Positions 62,185 to 64,000 of a DNA stretch of 64,000 nucleotides are shown piece after piece; the first letter of the stretch is position 1, and each line of letters opens with the position of its first letter. The notes beneath the pieces were generated by a model. That model saw only the letters and a list, made by a program, of their open reading frames with translations, ran no database searches and had not been told where the DNA came from. This stretch comes from Negaprion brevirostris (taxonomy: Eukaryota): contig JARDVH010000124.1 in NCBI GenBank assembly GCA_030324005.1, positions 19,961,292-20,025,291 of the forward strand, written 5' to 3'. The translations under genes were made by a program, and so were the position numbers.

Positions 62185-62970
62185 CTTTGGGAGGAGGAAT
62201 GGGGACACAGACTATTTTCTAAATGGGGAAATGCTTTGGAAATCAGAAACACAAAGGGATTCGGGAGTCCTTGTTCAAGATTCTCTTAAAGTTAACGTGC
62301 AGGTTCAGTCGGCAGTTAGGGAGCCAAATACAATGTTAGCGTTCATGTTGAGAGGGCTAGAATACCAGTGCAGGAATGTACTTCTAAGGCTGCATAATGC
62401 TCTGATCAGACCCCATGTGGAATATTGTGGGCAGTTTTGGGCTTCACATCTAAGGAAGGATTGCTGGCCTTGGAAAGGATCCAGAGGTTCACAAGAATGA
62501 TCCGTGGAATAAAGGGCTTGTCATATGAGGAACGGTTGAGGACTCTGGATCTGTACTCATTTGAGTTTAGAAAGATGAGGAGTGGGGGGGATTTTATTGA
62601 AACTTACAGGATACTGCAAGGCCTGGATAGAGCGTATGTGGAGAGGATGTTTCCACCAGTAGGAAAAACTAGAACCAGAGGGCACAACATCAGGCTAAAG
62701 GGACGATTCTTTAAAACAGAGATGAGGAGGAATTTCTTCAGTCAGAGTGTGATGAATCTGTGGAACTCTTTGCCGCAGAAGGCTGTGGAAACCAGGTCAT
62801 TGAGTGTCTTTAAGACAGAGATAGGTAGGTTCTTGATTATTAAGGGGATCGGGGGTTCTGGGGGAAGGCAGGAGAATAGGGATGAGGAAAATATCAGATA
62901 TGATTGAATGGCGGAGCAGATTCAACGGACAAAACGGCTTAATTCTGCTCCTATGTCTTATGGTCTTATG
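62185..62970 (+). mobile_element. CR1 ORF2 C-terminus plus (TATGGTCT)n tail
   Basis: LERIQRFTRMIRGIKGLSYEERL..TRGHNIRLKG..RRNFFSQSVMNLWNSLP. Confidence 0.92.
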
Positions 62971-63734
62971 AGACAATTTAATTCCACTTCTTTTTGTCTC
63001 ATTGGCTTATCAACACCTTTAAAAATCTAATAACATTACTTTTATTCACTGACTAACAGAAAGAGTACTATATAGTTCCTTGCTCAAAATTAATATACTA
63101 GAATCTGTAAATTTGTGTTAATCATTGCTGCTGGCTCAACCATAAACCTTATAGAACCATGTTAGTTGTCGAGAAGCAGCTGGTCCAAGTATCTCAACTC
63201 TCCAACTACAAGTGCAAGATGAAAAAAAACAATTTGTGCTCCATGAATAGCACATGATTCTATTTATTTAGGCTTTTAGGTTTAAGGAGGATTACTGGTA
63301 GCAGAAAATTGAAGTAGTCACCATGCCTAATAGTCTGGGCTACCAAAGCATTCTTTAAGAAAACAGCACATGCTTCAGGAAAGAGTTTTTCGATAAAACA
63401 TCATCTTGAAAAATGTTAAATGTTCGATGGCTGTTCCATATTGTGAATCCCACTTCAAGCTCTTTAGACTAGCTGTATTTTCGTTAAAAATATGCCATCA
63501 AAATTTTCCTGTGAGCTATGTAACGCATTTGATAGTTGGTTCAGGGACCAATACTAACTGGGAACTGCTACAATTCCTAGTTATTTTATATACTTTTTTA
63601 CATTATGACATAATCTTATTTAATTCATGGCTAACCAACAGAAGCTCACAATCTTCAGCTGGATAGTTGGCCATTCTGGGTGAATGTGTACGAAATTCTT
63701 CATATTATTCATTGGTAATATTATGCTTATTTAG

Positions 63735-64000
63735 GCTTTGAGACTTTCAACAAGATCTCACATAACAGACTTATGTACAGTTAAAGCACATGGGATTGCA
63801 GGTAATATCTTGAGATGGATAGAAAGCTGGTTAGCAGAATGGAAGCAAAGTGTTGGCATAAATGGATCTTTTTCTGATTGACAGTCAGTGACTAGTGGGT
63901 TCCAAAGAGATCTGAGCTAGGACCCCAGCTGTTCACATTATATTTTAATAATTTGGAAGAGGGAACAGAATGTATTATCTCCAAATCTGCAGATGCTGCA
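63735..64000 (+). mobile_element. CR1 RT fragment running off the window
   Basis: KAHGIAGNILRWIESWL...GFQRD/LGPQLFT...ISKSADA. Confidence 0.85.

Noticed and set aside
62425-62907. 160-aa ORF as a host gene
   Set aside because: It is the CR1 ORF2 C-terminus, with upstream frameshifts and a CR1 tail immediately downstream.

Overview
Vertebrate genomic DNA, most likely from a shark or other elasmobranch: the repeat set (HE1-type V-SINEs, many CR1 LINEs with (CATAGAA)n tails, Rex1/Babar, L2, RTE, Vingi, Penelope, Gypsy-type solo LTRs, Harbinger-type MITEs) is typical of cartilaginous fishes. The assembly has many N gaps. The window is AT-rich and looks intronic or intergenic. I found no intact host CDS, RNA gene or CRISPR array; the ORFs I can interpret are decayed transposon fragments or artefacts of gaps and tandem repeats. 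Family names come from recognising motifs by eye, and most element boundaries are approximate. The most notable structures seen directly are: (1) two long inverted duplications (120-247/689-816 and ~58924-59095/59561-59734), each touching a V-SINE end; (2) hammerhead-ribozyme-like cores in Penelope 3' ends (best at 51892-51933); (3) a CpG-rich two-unit 13-bp minisatellite bracketed by a perfect 29-bp direct repeat; (4) a tRNA-head SINE that appears to share both head and tail with an endonuclease-coding LINE; (5) multi-layer nested insertions with visible target-site duplications (TSDs); (6) a ~0.7-kb tandem duplication. I see no evidence for a new protein-coding system.
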